DNA from: Promethearchaeota archaeon
GTDB lineage: Archaea > Asgardarchaeota > Lokiarchaeia > Sigyniarchaeales > SOKP01
Assembly: GCA_048940645.1 (NCBI GenBank)
Contig: JBHLOI010000035.1
Location: forward strand, 1-38,330
DNA length: 38,330 nucleotides
Direction: 5' to 3'
Position 1 is the stretch's first letter, and every line of letters begins with the position of its first letter. A program made the translations under genes and the position numbers. Below the pieces are notes generated by a model, which worked only from the letters and a program-made list of their open reading frames with translations, did no database searches and was not told where the DNA came from. Shown here in pieces: positions 9,762 through 19,201 of the stretch.

Positions 9762-12338
9762 ATGGAGGAAGAGGTTAAGTACAAATTTTATTCTTTAGCA
9801 AAATACCCTAATTTAGAAATATTAATGGATTCTCAACTTGCTTCAGCAGGAGCTAACCAGGCAAAAATATTAGAAAGATATAAGAAAAATAAGAAAGCTA
9901 TTAAGCGTCAACTTATTGCACTTAAAGTGGTTTACGGATTTATTTTTGTCTTTATTCCCTTTTTTTCCGTATGGGGTTATTTAGAAATTGTTGGAGGTTA
10001 TTCATCATCTTCTCCTATTGAAACATTATTATTTACTAATAGTTTTGTCTTTGGAATATTCTTTCTAATGTCAGTTCTTTATGTTCTTCTTATGGGTTTA
10101 TTTAGCACAAGTTCATTTATGTCCGGTAATGCATTTAAATGGTTACAAACTCTACCTCTTGCAAAAAGAGATTTGAAAAAACTTGGTTATGTAACCATTT
10201 TTCGCAATCTTGATATAGCCCTTATAGCTTTAGTTTTAGGGTTTCCAACAATCCTGTTAATTATGACCCAAAATTTTTGGCTTTTTCTTACTAGTTTAGC
10301 TTCTTCCACATTAAATGCTGTATTTGCGTTTAGTATTTTAGTTATTCTATCAGAGAAAATGGCTAAGATCTTTTCAGAATCTAGTGGTAGTTCAAAGAAG
10401 GCTAGTGTTTTAAGAATAATCACGATGGGAGGATTTTTCTTATTAGCGTTTGGAACTTCGTTTCTACTTTCCTGGTCATTGAATCTTATTGAAGATTTTT
10501 TCATTATATTTCCTACCAATGAATCTGCTAGTTTGTTAAATCGCATTTTGAGCTTAATTCCTTTCCCTTTTGGGATAACTTATTTAATTGCTTTTATAGC
10601 AAATCCAGTAATTATACCACCAGACTTGATTCTTACTTCAATGGTTGGTTTTGCTTTGTTTATGGGATTAACATTCTTATTATATAGATTTGCCATAAAG
10701 CAAGTTAAAAGTGTAACTGCCACTGAAGTTGAGCTTATAAAGAAGAAAAAGAAGAAATTAATCAGTAAAAAAGAAGTAACAGTAGAAATCAAGACAGTTT
10801 CAACAGTAAAATCATTTATCCGAAAGGATTTAATATCAACAACTAGGGATTATCAAAGTTTTATTTTTCTAATAATGCCTATTATATACCCAATTATCAT
10901 AGTTCTAAGCATGTCGCCTGTTATTGGTGAGGAAATAGCCTCTATTGATAGCATAATTATTTTATGGTCTGTAGTAGTAGGGGTGAATCAATTCATTCCC
11001 TTTATGCTAGTAGCTGGTTTTTTAAATATGGAAGAATCAGGAGCATCTATTTTATCATCATTACCATTACTTGCACGAAAACAAGCAAAGGCAAAAATCT
11101 ATTTGATGCTAACGATTCAAGCTATAGGTCTTGGATTGATGGGGTTCATATTAATGATTATAACTAATTCATTAATATTATTGACACTTTTTCTTCTTAC
11201 TATTCCAATTGCCTGGATATTTCTTCTCTTTACATTTGAACTGAAGGCGCGATTTTTTGGAAAAATGAAATACAAATACGTTGTTGAAGAAGTAAACAAA
11301 CAACGGAAGGTGTTAAAATGGTTATCATTAATTTGCTCAGAACTGTTAATTTACTTCACTATTATCATCGTTGAATTTACTTTACTAAGTTTATATGGAA
11401 TTTTAGGAATTATCATTGGTTTAGTGGTTATTGGAATAATTGGTCTTAGCTCTTTGGTTTATATTTTTACTAGGATGTTTCCCAAAGAAAAAGAAATTGC
11501 TACATACTACACAGGTGGATTATTGAGAAGGAATGTAATTGCGGGAGCGGTTATTGTAGTGGCACTCTATTTTATTTTTCTAAACTTGGTAGGAATAATT
11601 GAATTACCATTCTTACCAGTTCTATTTGGACTACCAATAGAATATTGGTTATTAATAGAGGTTATCTTAATATTTCTTGTATTTATACTTTTATTTTTTG
11701 TGGTCATTCCCATTGGATTGAAATTACCAAATGGAGAAGAATCTATGAAACAATATATATATTCAATTGGCTTCACACGAACAAAACCACTAGCAAGAAA
11801 TATTTTAATCGGCATAGCTTCTTTCCTACTATACGCTCTATCTACGTGGTTTTTTGCTAATATATTGGGAACATATATATTTGATCCTAATGTGTTATTC
11901 GGTTATCCTAGTTGGGTATTATTATATTATATGCTATACGCTGGCATTTGGGAAGAGATTGCTTATAGAGGAGTGATCCTAAACCTCCAACTAAGAAAAT
12001 ACTCAAAAATGACGTCGGTTATTACTAACGGAATACTTTTTGGCATTTTTCATTCTCTTAATATATTAAGCGGTTTTGATCCATTATACGTATTAAACCA
12101 AGTATTCTTTGCGAGTTGTTTAGGTATTGCCTTAGCTTATGTATACGTTAAAACTGAAAGCCTTTTACCTTGTATGATGATTCATTACTTAGTTAATACA
12201 TTTGGACAGTTATTCGTTAATGCTATGTTTCCAAATGATGCAATTGCTTCTGCCTTTTTAGTTTATGGAGCAGGATTAGTACCTATGATATTAATTCTAT
12301 TGTTTACAAAACTAATAATAAGAAAGAAAAAACCATAA
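9762..12338 (+). CDS. Putative ABC exporter permease fused to a C-terminal CPBP (Rce1/Abi, CAAX protease II) intramembrane metalloprotease
   Basis: Two permease-like halves (WLQTLPL, FIRKDL, ILSSLPL), then WEEIAYRG, FGIFH and HYLVN CPBP motifs. ATG lies 1 nt after the ATPase stop. Confidence 0.82.
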   Translation: MEEEVKYKFYSLAKYPNLEILMDSQLASAGANQAKILERYKKNKKAIKRQLIALKVVYGFIFVFIPFFSVWGYLEIVGGYSSSSPIETLLFTNSFVFGIFFLMSVLYVLLMGLFSTSSFMSGNAFKWLQTLPLAKRDLKKLGYVTIFRNLDIALIALVLGFPTILLIMTQNFWLFLTSLASSTLNAVFAFSILVILSEKMAKIFSESSGSSKKASVLRIITMGGFFLLAFGTSFLLSWSLNLIEDFFIIFPTNESASLLNRILSLIPFPFGITYLIAFIANPVIIPPDLILTSMVGFALFMGLTFLLYRFAIKQVKSVTATEVELIKKKKKKLISKKEVTVEIKTVSTVKSFIRKDLISTTRDYQSFIFLIMPIIYPIIIVLSMSPVIGEEIASIDSIIILWSVVVGVNQFIPFMLVAGFLNMEESGASILSSLPLLARKQAKAKIYLMLTIQAIGLGLMGFILMIITNSLILLTLFLLTIPIAWIFLLFTFELKARFFGKMKYKYVVEEVNKQRKVLKWLSLICSELLIYFTIIIVEFTLLSLYGILGIIIGLVVIGIIGLSSLVYIFTRMFPKEKEIATYYTGGLLRRNVIAGAVIVVALYFIFLNLVGIIELPFLPVLFGLPIEYWLLIEVILIFLVFILLFFVVIPIGLKLPNGEESMKQYIYSIGFTRTKPLARNILIGIASFLLYALSTWFFANILGTYIFDPNVLFGYPSWVLLYYMLYAGIWEEIAYRGVILNLQLRKYSKMTSVITNGILFGIFHSLNILSGFDPLYVLNQVFFASCLGIALAYVYVKTESLLPCMMIHYLVNTFGQLFVNAMFPNDAIASAFLVYGAGLVPMILILLFTKLIIRKKKP

Positions 12339-12374
12339 AAAAGCTGCCAATATTTTTTTTATTTTTTTTTTATA

Positions 12375-13670
12375 CTATTTTTTTGATTCATTAATTAAAA
12401 AAGCGATACATATGTGTAATGCATTTTCTAAGGTACCTTTTTTAATTTTGTCAGGTGTATCGGTATCTTGATGATAATAACTTGATCTAGTCTTCCAATC
12501 AGCTGAATTTATAAATCCTGCTTTTATATTTGCCTTTGAAAATGCTGCAGCATCAGAACCACCAGATAATCTGCCTAATGTCTTTTCTAATTTTCCAGAA
12601 CCTAATGTTTTTGCTTCAATTCCCTCGAGTTTTGCTGCTTTTAATAGTTTTAATACCATCTCTTCAGAATGTTTTGTTCTAGTAGTTGGTTCATAATCGA
12701 TAACATGGAATCCATTAGGAGTCTCTAATCCATCCATATTTACAACCATAGTATTAATATCGTTTAATTCTTTTAAATGCGAAGATACATATCGGTATGC
12801 TCCTCTCAAGCCAGCTTCTTCGCAACCAAATGCTATCAATCTAATTTCTGTATTATTCGGAATAATATCTTTATTACTATTGAGATAACGCCCTAGTCCA
12901 ATAAGAACAGAACAACTACTTAAATTATCGACAGCACCAGGCACCACATTACCTTTTTCTCCAGAAGGGACAAAGAAAAAAAGTCCAATTATAGAGGGAC
13001 TCCCGATTATTAGTAGCCATATTGAGGTATTGCAGAAGATTGACTTAAGAGTAATGAATCCAATCACCATGAATATCAGATTTAAAAATGCAATAATAAA
13101 CCAAATTAAAATTAACATAATACCTCCAAAAGCTAAAACTAGAAAACCCCATTTTAATAGCTTTAATAGAGTAAATTGAATTGCGGAGTCAATATGAGCT
13201 GAAAAAATTATAATATTTCTTTTCTCTCCTTTTATTATTTTTCCAATTACATTTTGAGACGACTTTTTGCGAAATAGGGGGTCAATAAACTCTCGATAGT
13301 TAAAAAATTCCTCCCACATTATTACTATTGAAAGAAAGATTAAAAAAAAAGAAAGAATGGATATAAAGGCTAGCCAAAAAGGATTTGAAATTAGTTGAAT
13401 GATAAGATAAAGTCCAATTGACAAAAGAATAAAAATCATGATTAATCTTATCCACCCAAGAAATGCTTTAGGATGGCATGTAAAATACTCTAAAGAAGCA
13501 GTATCACATATTTTTTCCATCTCTTTTTTTATTATTTCAGCAGCTTTAGCTTCTGCTGGACTGCATGGCATCCTAGGACCACATTCAGCTATGATTTTAT
13601 TTACAAAATTATACATATAATCAGAATCTTCTTTTGAGATCTCGATTTTCATAAAATTACCTATCTTCAT
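12375..13670 (-). CDS. M28/M20-family metallopeptidase with inserted transmembrane hairpins
   Basis: SAHIDS, GAVDNLS, GCEEAGLRGA, NMDG, SDAAAF and YHQDTD motifs. Start may be ATG 13652. Confidence 0.88.
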   Translation of the reverse strand: MKIGNFMKIEISKEDSDYMYNFVNKIIAECGPRMPCSPAEAKAAEIIKKEMEKICDTASLEYFTCHPKAFLGWIRLIMIFILLSIGLYLIIQLISNPFWLAFISILSFFLIFLSIVIMWEEFFNYREFIDPLFRKKSSQNVIGKIIKGEKRNIIIFSAHIDSAIQFTLLKLLKWGFLVLAFGGIMLILIWFIIAFLNLIFMVIGFITLKSIFCNTSIWLLIIGSPSIIGLFFFVPSGEKGNVVPGAVDNLSSCSVLIGLGRYLNSNKDIIPNNTEIRLIAFGCEEAGLRGAYRYVSSHLKELNDINTMVVNMDGLETPNGFHVIDYEPTTRTKHSEEMVLKLLKAAKLEGIEAKTLGSGKLEKTLGRLSGGSDAAAFSKANIKAGFINSADWKTRSSYYHQDTDTPDKIKKGTLENALHICIAFLINESKK

Positions 13671-13745
13671 TAAAAAAAATATGTCAAAAAAATATTAAAT
13701 CTATATAAATATAAAATTAAATATTAAAGGAAGAGGAAGATTTCT

Positions 13746-14471
13746 GTGAATATTTTTAGAGGAGAGCAATACGTTTGTGAAGTATGTGGTTATAATATGA
13801 TTGGTTATCTTCCTGATACTTGCCCTTTCTGTGGATCATCAAGGGATAAATTTATTACGGCTGAATTTTGTTCAAAAAAATACCATATTAAAAAGGGAAA
13901 AGTTACTAATAGAGTTTTTAGTTTAGCAAGTTCACCAAAATTGGGTTTAGAGCATTTTGCATATTGTATAATTTCTGATAATCAGAAAATTTGGATTGAT
14001 TGTCCTTCTACTTTTCAAGCTAATTTAGATAGAATGGACAAAATATTATTTACCCATCATCATTTTTTAGGTGCTTCAAATCTCTATAGAAGTTATTATA
14101 CTGCATTTATATGGATCCATCAATATGATACTCAAAATGTACTCACTCAAAATCACTCTTTTGATAAATTATTTCTAGAAAATTTTGAATTAGACGGAAT
14201 TGAAGCGTTCCATATTAATGGTCATACACAAGGATTTACATTTTATATATTTGAGGATGTATTATTCGTATGTGATTATGTATTCCTCAATAAAGAAAGT
14301 ATGCGTCTTAATCCTTACGGTTCAAATAAAGAAACTGTTCATGGAGCTTTTAAAATTAAAAAAATAATTAAAAATAAGAATCTCAGTAAGGTATGTGGGT
14401 ATAACTATGTGGATGACTTTTCGGATTGGAAAGAAAAATTCGAAGAATTATTGATAAGAACTAGTTCTTGA
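13746..14471 (+). CDS. Rubredoxin-like domain fused to a degenerate metallo-beta-lactamase-fold domain
   Basis: YVCEVCGY...CPFCG, followed by WIDCP, FTHHH, GHTQG and LFVCD. Confidence 0.75.
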   Translation: MNIFRGEQYVCEVCGYNMIGYLPDTCPFCGSSRDKFITAEFCSKKYHIKKGKVTNRVFSLASSPKLGLEHFAYCIISDNQKIWIDCPSTFQANLDRMDKILFTHHHFLGASNLYRSYYTAFIWIHQYDTQNVLTQNHSFDKLFLENFELDGIEAFHINGHTQGFTFYIFEDVLFVCDYVFLNKESMRLNPYGSNKETVHGAFKIKKIIKNKNLSKVCGYNYVDDFSDWKEKFEELLIRTSS

Positions 14472-14560
14472 TTTAAAAAGAATTTAAATTAGTCAAAAGA
14501 TTAATTTAGGTTTTAAGTATTAATATTTAGTATTAAAGATTTAACTAAGATAATTATAAG

Positions 14561-15397
14561 ATGAGCTATAAAGAAATTGAAGTTACATGCCCAACGTGTT
14601 CTTTAGTAAAAGTAATTAAAGTTCCTATGAGAATTTTTTCTCAGAAAAAATTTGGAACAATTAAAATACAAGTTCCTCAAGGAGGAGTGTGTAAAGAACA
14701 TCAATTCATAGTATTTGTTGATACTAAGGGCATTATCAGAGGTTATGACCAAATTGATTTGCTAATGAAAAGAGTCGCCCAAGGGGAGGAAGAAACCCGG
14801 AGATTTAGCATAAAACACTTCATAGATATTTATGGTCTATATGGATTATTTTGTTTGATTCATGCTAAAATATTTAATTATCCAGCATATATTATAAGGG
14901 ATAAGGAATCTGAAGATTTCTCGTATGTTATTAATAAAATTGGTGAAAGATTACTTCCAGAAACATATCGGGGCACCTCAAATGTTAGCTTTCTCAACGA
15001 AACTGATTATAATAAAATAAAATTAAACGACAAGAATGCTTTCGTTATGGATACACATCAACATATCTTACAAACACCATGGGAGGAAAAGTTAAAATTT
15101 GAAGAAGAAATGATCAAAAAAGCATTAGATATTCTTGATGAAGAAGAACAAGTAAATCTAATTCAACAAAGTATATCGAAATTGGTAAGAGAAGCTGAAT
15201 ATGTTAAAAGCGTTTTAGAAAAGGTAAAAAAAATATATGAAGAGGATCTAGTAGACCAGATAGCACGAGAACTAATGATTCCTAAACCTAACTATTATCG
15301 AATAAGCTTAATTAAGGATTTTATTAAACAAAGATATTCTCCCAAATTAGCAGTAAAAATAAAAAGTAAAGTGGAAGAATTTTTAAATCTTCTTTAA
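14561..15397 (+). CDS. Hypothetical protein with N-terminal Zn-ribbon (CPTC...CKEH) and probable C-terminal winged helix
   Basis: 278-aa ORF with an ATG start; Cys/His ligand pattern. Confidence 0.7.
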   Translation: MSYKEIEVTCPTCSLVKVIKVPMRIFSQKKFGTIKIQVPQGGVCKEHQFIVFVDTKGIIRGYDQIDLLMKRVAQGEEETRRFSIKHFIDIYGLYGLFCLIHAKIFNYPAYIIRDKESEDFSYVINKIGERLLPETYRGTSNVSFLNETDYNKIKLNDKNAFVMDTHQHILQTPWEEKLKFEEEMIKKALDILDEEEQVNLIQQSISKLVREAEYVKSVLEKVKKIYEEDLVDQIARELMIPKPNYYRISLIKDFIKQRYSPKLAVKIKSKVEEFLNLL

Positions 15398-15513
15398 ACT
15401 CTTTTTCTATAAGAAGGAATTTCGCGGAAATCGACTATTAACACTATCTGTAGGTTTCTTTAGTGGTATTAGCTTTCCTTATAGCGTTAGATTGAAAAAC
15501 CTCAATATATTTT

Positions 15514-16425
15514 TTATGAGGAAAGAGTATCCAGTATTTCTTCTATGTGATTGATTGCCGTGGATATATGAGCTTCATTCGGGAAAAATTTGCTGATGCA
15601 ATTAGGGATGGCTTCACATACTAATCTCCCCATTCTAACAGGTACACTAGTATCTAATTCGCCGTGCCATAGAAATATCTTAATACTTGATGGGATTTCT
15701 TTTAGGTTAAACCCCCAATCTGAGCCTAATAATTTGATATCATAAACTACTCCGTTGATTCCTTGTCGAAAGGGTTCTGCCATTAATTCAACATATAGAA
15801 CTAATTTCTCAGGATCTACCATGATCTTTTTATCTGGCTCAGGCAATTTTTTAGATCTTTTTTGAAATGTCTTTTCGAGTTCCTCTGGTGTTTGATCTTT
15901 TAATTTTAAAATTTTCTTCTGAATAATCTTATAAAACTTAGTTAAAAGTCCAGGCTTATTTTTAGCTAATTTAAGTTCTTTCTGCTTCCCTTTATCCATC
16001 CCTTCTAAACCTAGGTTAATTGGACCAAGTCCAGAAACAATACCACAATAAGTTAAGCGTTCAGGAATCTTTAGTGCACACGCTAAAGCATATGCAGATC
16101 CACCAGATCCTCCCAAAACTGCAAATTTTTGAATATTTAAACTGTTAGCTAATTCAATTACATCATCAGGCCATTCCAAAATTGTTCTATTTTCTTTAAA
16201 ATCTGATAACCCTCTTCCAGGGCGGTCTATTGATATGAGACGAACGTTAAATTGTTTATCATCAAAACCGTACATTATAGGTTCAAGACGGGAGGAGCCA
16301 TGACCATGAAAATAAAATATTGGCGTTCCCTCAGGTATACCAAATTCTGCATACCCAAGCTTGCGACCATCTTTTAACGTAATAATTTGGTTATATTTTT
16401 CATTCTTTTTCATATTATCATTCAT
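15514..16425 (-). CDS. Alpha/beta hydrolase
   Basis: LKDGRKLGYAEFG, FHG, DRPGRGLS, nucleophile elbow GGSGG, WHGELD and EAH motifs. Confidence 0.92.
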   Translation of the reverse strand: MNDNMKKNEKYNQIITLKDGRKLGYAEFGIPEGTPIFYFHGHGSSRLEPIMYGFDDKQFNVRLISIDRPGRGLSDFKENRTILEWPDDVIELANSLNIQKFAVLGGSGGSAYALACALKIPERLTYCGIVSGLGPINLGLEGMDKGKQKELKLAKNKPGLLTKFYKIIQKKILKLKDQTPEELEKTFQKRSKKLPEPDKKIMVDPEKLVLYVELMAEPFRQGINGVVYDIKLLGSDWGFNLKEIPSSIKIFLWHGELDTSVPVRMGRLVCEAIPNCISKFFPNEAHISTAINHIEEILDTLSS

Positions 16426-16648
16426 TAAAAATAAGGAATATTTTTTAATTTTTTGAGATTTTTTTTACTATTTTTAGGGCATGGAAAGCTAAAAGGGAGA
16501 GTGAAAGAGTAGTAAAAATTGGACTTACTGCTGGAGTTGTATGTCTTATTTTAAGTTATGGACTATCTTGATAATATCTACTTGGCTTATAATGGTGTTG
16601 GTCATAAAAACATTCATGTTTACATTTTACATTTTATATAGAAAAAAT

Positions 16649-16698
16649 AAAATGCAATCATGAATTTATTTATAAAAAATAATTCAAAAATGCAATCA
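16649..16698 (+). promoter_or_regulatory. 12-bp direct repeat AAAATGCAATCA x2 flanking a TATA-like box upstream of the lsrF-like gene
   Basis: Exact copies at 16649-16660 and 16687-16698, with TTTATTTATAAAAA between them. Confidence 0.5.
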
Positions 16699-16720
16699 AA
16701 AGAATAAAAAGTGATTTAAA

Positions 16721-17515
16721 ATGGTTTTAGTAGGCGATTGGGGCTTTCAAAACCGCTTTAATAGAATTATTAAGCCTAAATCTGGACGTTGCGTTATGTT
16801 AGCAATAGATCATGGATATTTTGGGAATATTCCAGGTCAATTAAAATGCTTTACTGATATGCAGCCATTATTTAAGTATGCTGATGCCCTTATGTTAACT
16901 AGAGGAATGTTAAGAAATTGTGTACCTTCTGAAATAGACGTTCCAGTTGTATTAAGAGTTTCTGCTGGTGCTAGTATGCTTAAAGAACTTTCTAATGAAG
17001 AAATTAATGTTGCTATTGATGATGCGATAAGACTAAATGTTTCAGCAATTACTTGCTCAATCTTCGTTGGAGGGGAGTATGAGAAACAATCATTAATGAA
17101 TTTATCGAAATTAGTAAACTGGGGGCAAGAATATGGAATTCCTACCTTAGCCGTCACAGCAGTTGGACGTGAAATGGTAAGGGATGCACGATATCTAGGA
17201 ATGGCAAGTAGAATGGCAGCAGAAATGGGTGCAACCTTCGTGAAGACTTATTATTGTGAAAACTTTGAAGAGGTCACAAGTATCTGCCCGGCGCCAATTG
17301 TTATAGCTGGTGGTAAAAAAATTGAAGAACGAGAGGCTCTTCAGATGTCTAAAAATGCAGTTGATAAAGGAGCAGTAGGAGTGGATATGGGAAGAAATAT
17401 TTTTCAATCAGATAGCCCATTAGGTATGATTAAAGCAGTAAGAGCAATTGTCCATGAAAAAGCTTCGGTAGATGAAGCATTTGAAATTTATAAAAGCGGT
17501 CCCTTAGGACTATGA
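16721..17515 (+). CDS. lsrF: LsrF-like class I aldolase/thiolase (DhnA family)
   Basis: DWGFQNRFNRII, MLAIDHGYF, LTRG, AAEMGATFVKTYY, IVIAGGKK and GVDMGRNIFQS motifs. Confidence 0.85.
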   Translation: MVLVGDWGFQNRFNRIIKPKSGRCVMLAIDHGYFGNIPGQLKCFTDMQPLFKYADALMLTRGMLRNCVPSEIDVPVVLRVSAGASMLKELSNEEINVAIDDAIRLNVSAITCSIFVGGEYEKQSLMNLSKLVNWGQEYGIPTLAVTAVGREMVRDARYLGMASRMAAEMGATFVKTYYCENFEEVTSICPAPIVIAGGKKIEEREALQMSKNAVDKGAVGVDMGRNIFQSDSPLGMIKAVRAIVHEKASVDEAFEIYKSGPLGL

Positions 17516-17648
17516 GTATTATTTTCTATATTCTTTTTTTTTGGTTCTTTTTAAATTCTATAATAGTCCTATTTATACTGAAGTCAAGTTTAAATTCTTT
17601 AGAGATAATTTTTAACTGAGGCTAATGAAATAAATATAAAATTGAGAG

Positions 17649-19127
17649 GTGAAGATATTTAAAATAGCACTTATTAATCCAGGACCCGGAGATATTTTAG
17701 AAAAGGGTAGACTTCTAGCCAATGTAGATTACTTTTATCCTCCATTAGGTATCTGCTATTTAAGTGCTATTTTGAAGAAGGAAAACTATGACGTTGAAAT
17801 TATCGACCAAGCTGCAAAAGGTTTTAGTTTAGAACAAATTGTTAAATGGATAAAAAAGAAGGATCCCGATTTTTTAGGTTTTTCTACTTTAACAGCCTCC
17901 GGGTCAGGGATTAGTGCTGCAATAACCGCAAAAGAGGTGAAAAAGTGGAATCCTAATATTAAAATAATATTTGGAAATCGCCATGCAACAGTTAATGATT
18001 ATCGAATCTTAAACAAATATCCCCAGGTTGATATTTGTGTAAGAGATGAGGGAGAATATACCATTTTAGAATTAATTAAAGCATTTGAAAGAAATCTCCC
18101 TTTGAAAGATATTAAGGGAATAACCTATAGAAATAATGGAAATATTTTAAGAAATGAGAAAAGGGAACTGATAAAGGATCTTAATGCATTGCCATTCCCT
18201 GATAGAAAATCCTTAAAGATCGAATATACAGGGAACCTTGGTAATTTAGATTTAGTAGCAAAAGGTTTTACTTCGATAGTTTCCTCTCGTGGATGCCCTT
18301 ACCATTGCACTTTTTGTTATGGAAAAAGGTCTGTTGGGTTTAGGACTCGCTCTGTAGAAAATATAATTGAAGAAATTCTTTATTTGGAGAGTGAGGGCTA
18401 TAAATTTATAAATTTCGTAGATGATAATTTTACATTTTCAAAGAACAGAGTACTTAAGCTTTGTCAATCAATGCGAAAAAACAAGATTGATATGAATTGG
18501 ATGTGTCAAGGAAGGGTTAATCAAGAATCCACTGAAGTATTAAGTGAAATGCGTCGAGTTAATTGTAGAATTATATGTTATGGTATAGAAAGTGCGAATC
18601 AGAGAATTCTTGATTATTATAAAAAAGGAATTACTCCTGCACAGTCAATATTAGCAGTAAAAAAGGCAAGAAAGTCAAGAATTCCCTTAGTAATAGGTTC
18701 CTTTATAGTTGGAGCACCTGGTGAAACTTATAGGGAAATCTATAACACTTTGAAATTTGCTCAAAGATTAAAAATTGATTTCCCTGTTTTTAATCTTCTT
18801 GGAACAATGCCTGGAACTGACATTTGGGATGAATTAGTGGAAAAAAACATTCTAGATGAGGAAAAATATTGGGAAGATGGAGTTCATATTCCAGATATCG
18901 ATCCTAATGGGATTCCAACCGAAGAAATTTCAAATTTAATTCTGGAAATGTTTAGACAGTTTTTAAGAGACCCCAAATATATTTTAAAAGAGGCTTATAG
19001 AACTATTTCGAGTTTATATCGATTATTTGCCACTTTTAGTTTTATTGCTAATAATATAAATAACTTCAGGGATTTTCATGGTGTTCGATCCTTTTGGAAT
19101 CCGGATAAAGTTTTAGAGAGAAACTGA
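17649..19127 (+). CDS. Cobalamin-binding radical SAM protein
   Basis: PPLGICYLSA B12-domain start, SRGCPYHCTFC (CxxxCxxC), FVDDNF and GIESAN motifs. Confidence 0.92.
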   Translation: MKIFKIALINPGPGDILEKGRLLANVDYFYPPLGICYLSAILKKENYDVEIIDQAAKGFSLEQIVKWIKKKDPDFLGFSTLTASGSGISAAITAKEVKKWNPNIKIIFGNRHATVNDYRILNKYPQVDICVRDEGEYTILELIKAFERNLPLKDIKGITYRNNGNILRNEKRELIKDLNALPFPDRKSLKIEYTGNLGNLDLVAKGFTSIVSSRGCPYHCTFCYGKRSVGFRTRSVENIIEEILYLESEGYKFINFVDDNFTFSKNRVLKLCQSMRKNKIDMNWMCQGRVNQESTEVLSEMRRVNCRIICYGIESANQRILDYYKKGITPAQSILAVKKARKSRIPLVIGSFIVGAPGETYREIYNTLKFAQRLKIDFPVFNLLGTMPGTDIWDELVEKNILDEEKYWEDGVHIPDIDPNGIPTEEISNLILEMFRQFLRDPKYILKEAYRTISSLYRLFATFSFIANNINNFRDFHGVRSFWNPDKVLERN

Positions 19128-19201
19128 TTTTAAATAAAGGTTAAATTCTTAACTTTTTATCAATTTCATTTATTACTATAGATAAATTCATTCTAAATCA
19201 A

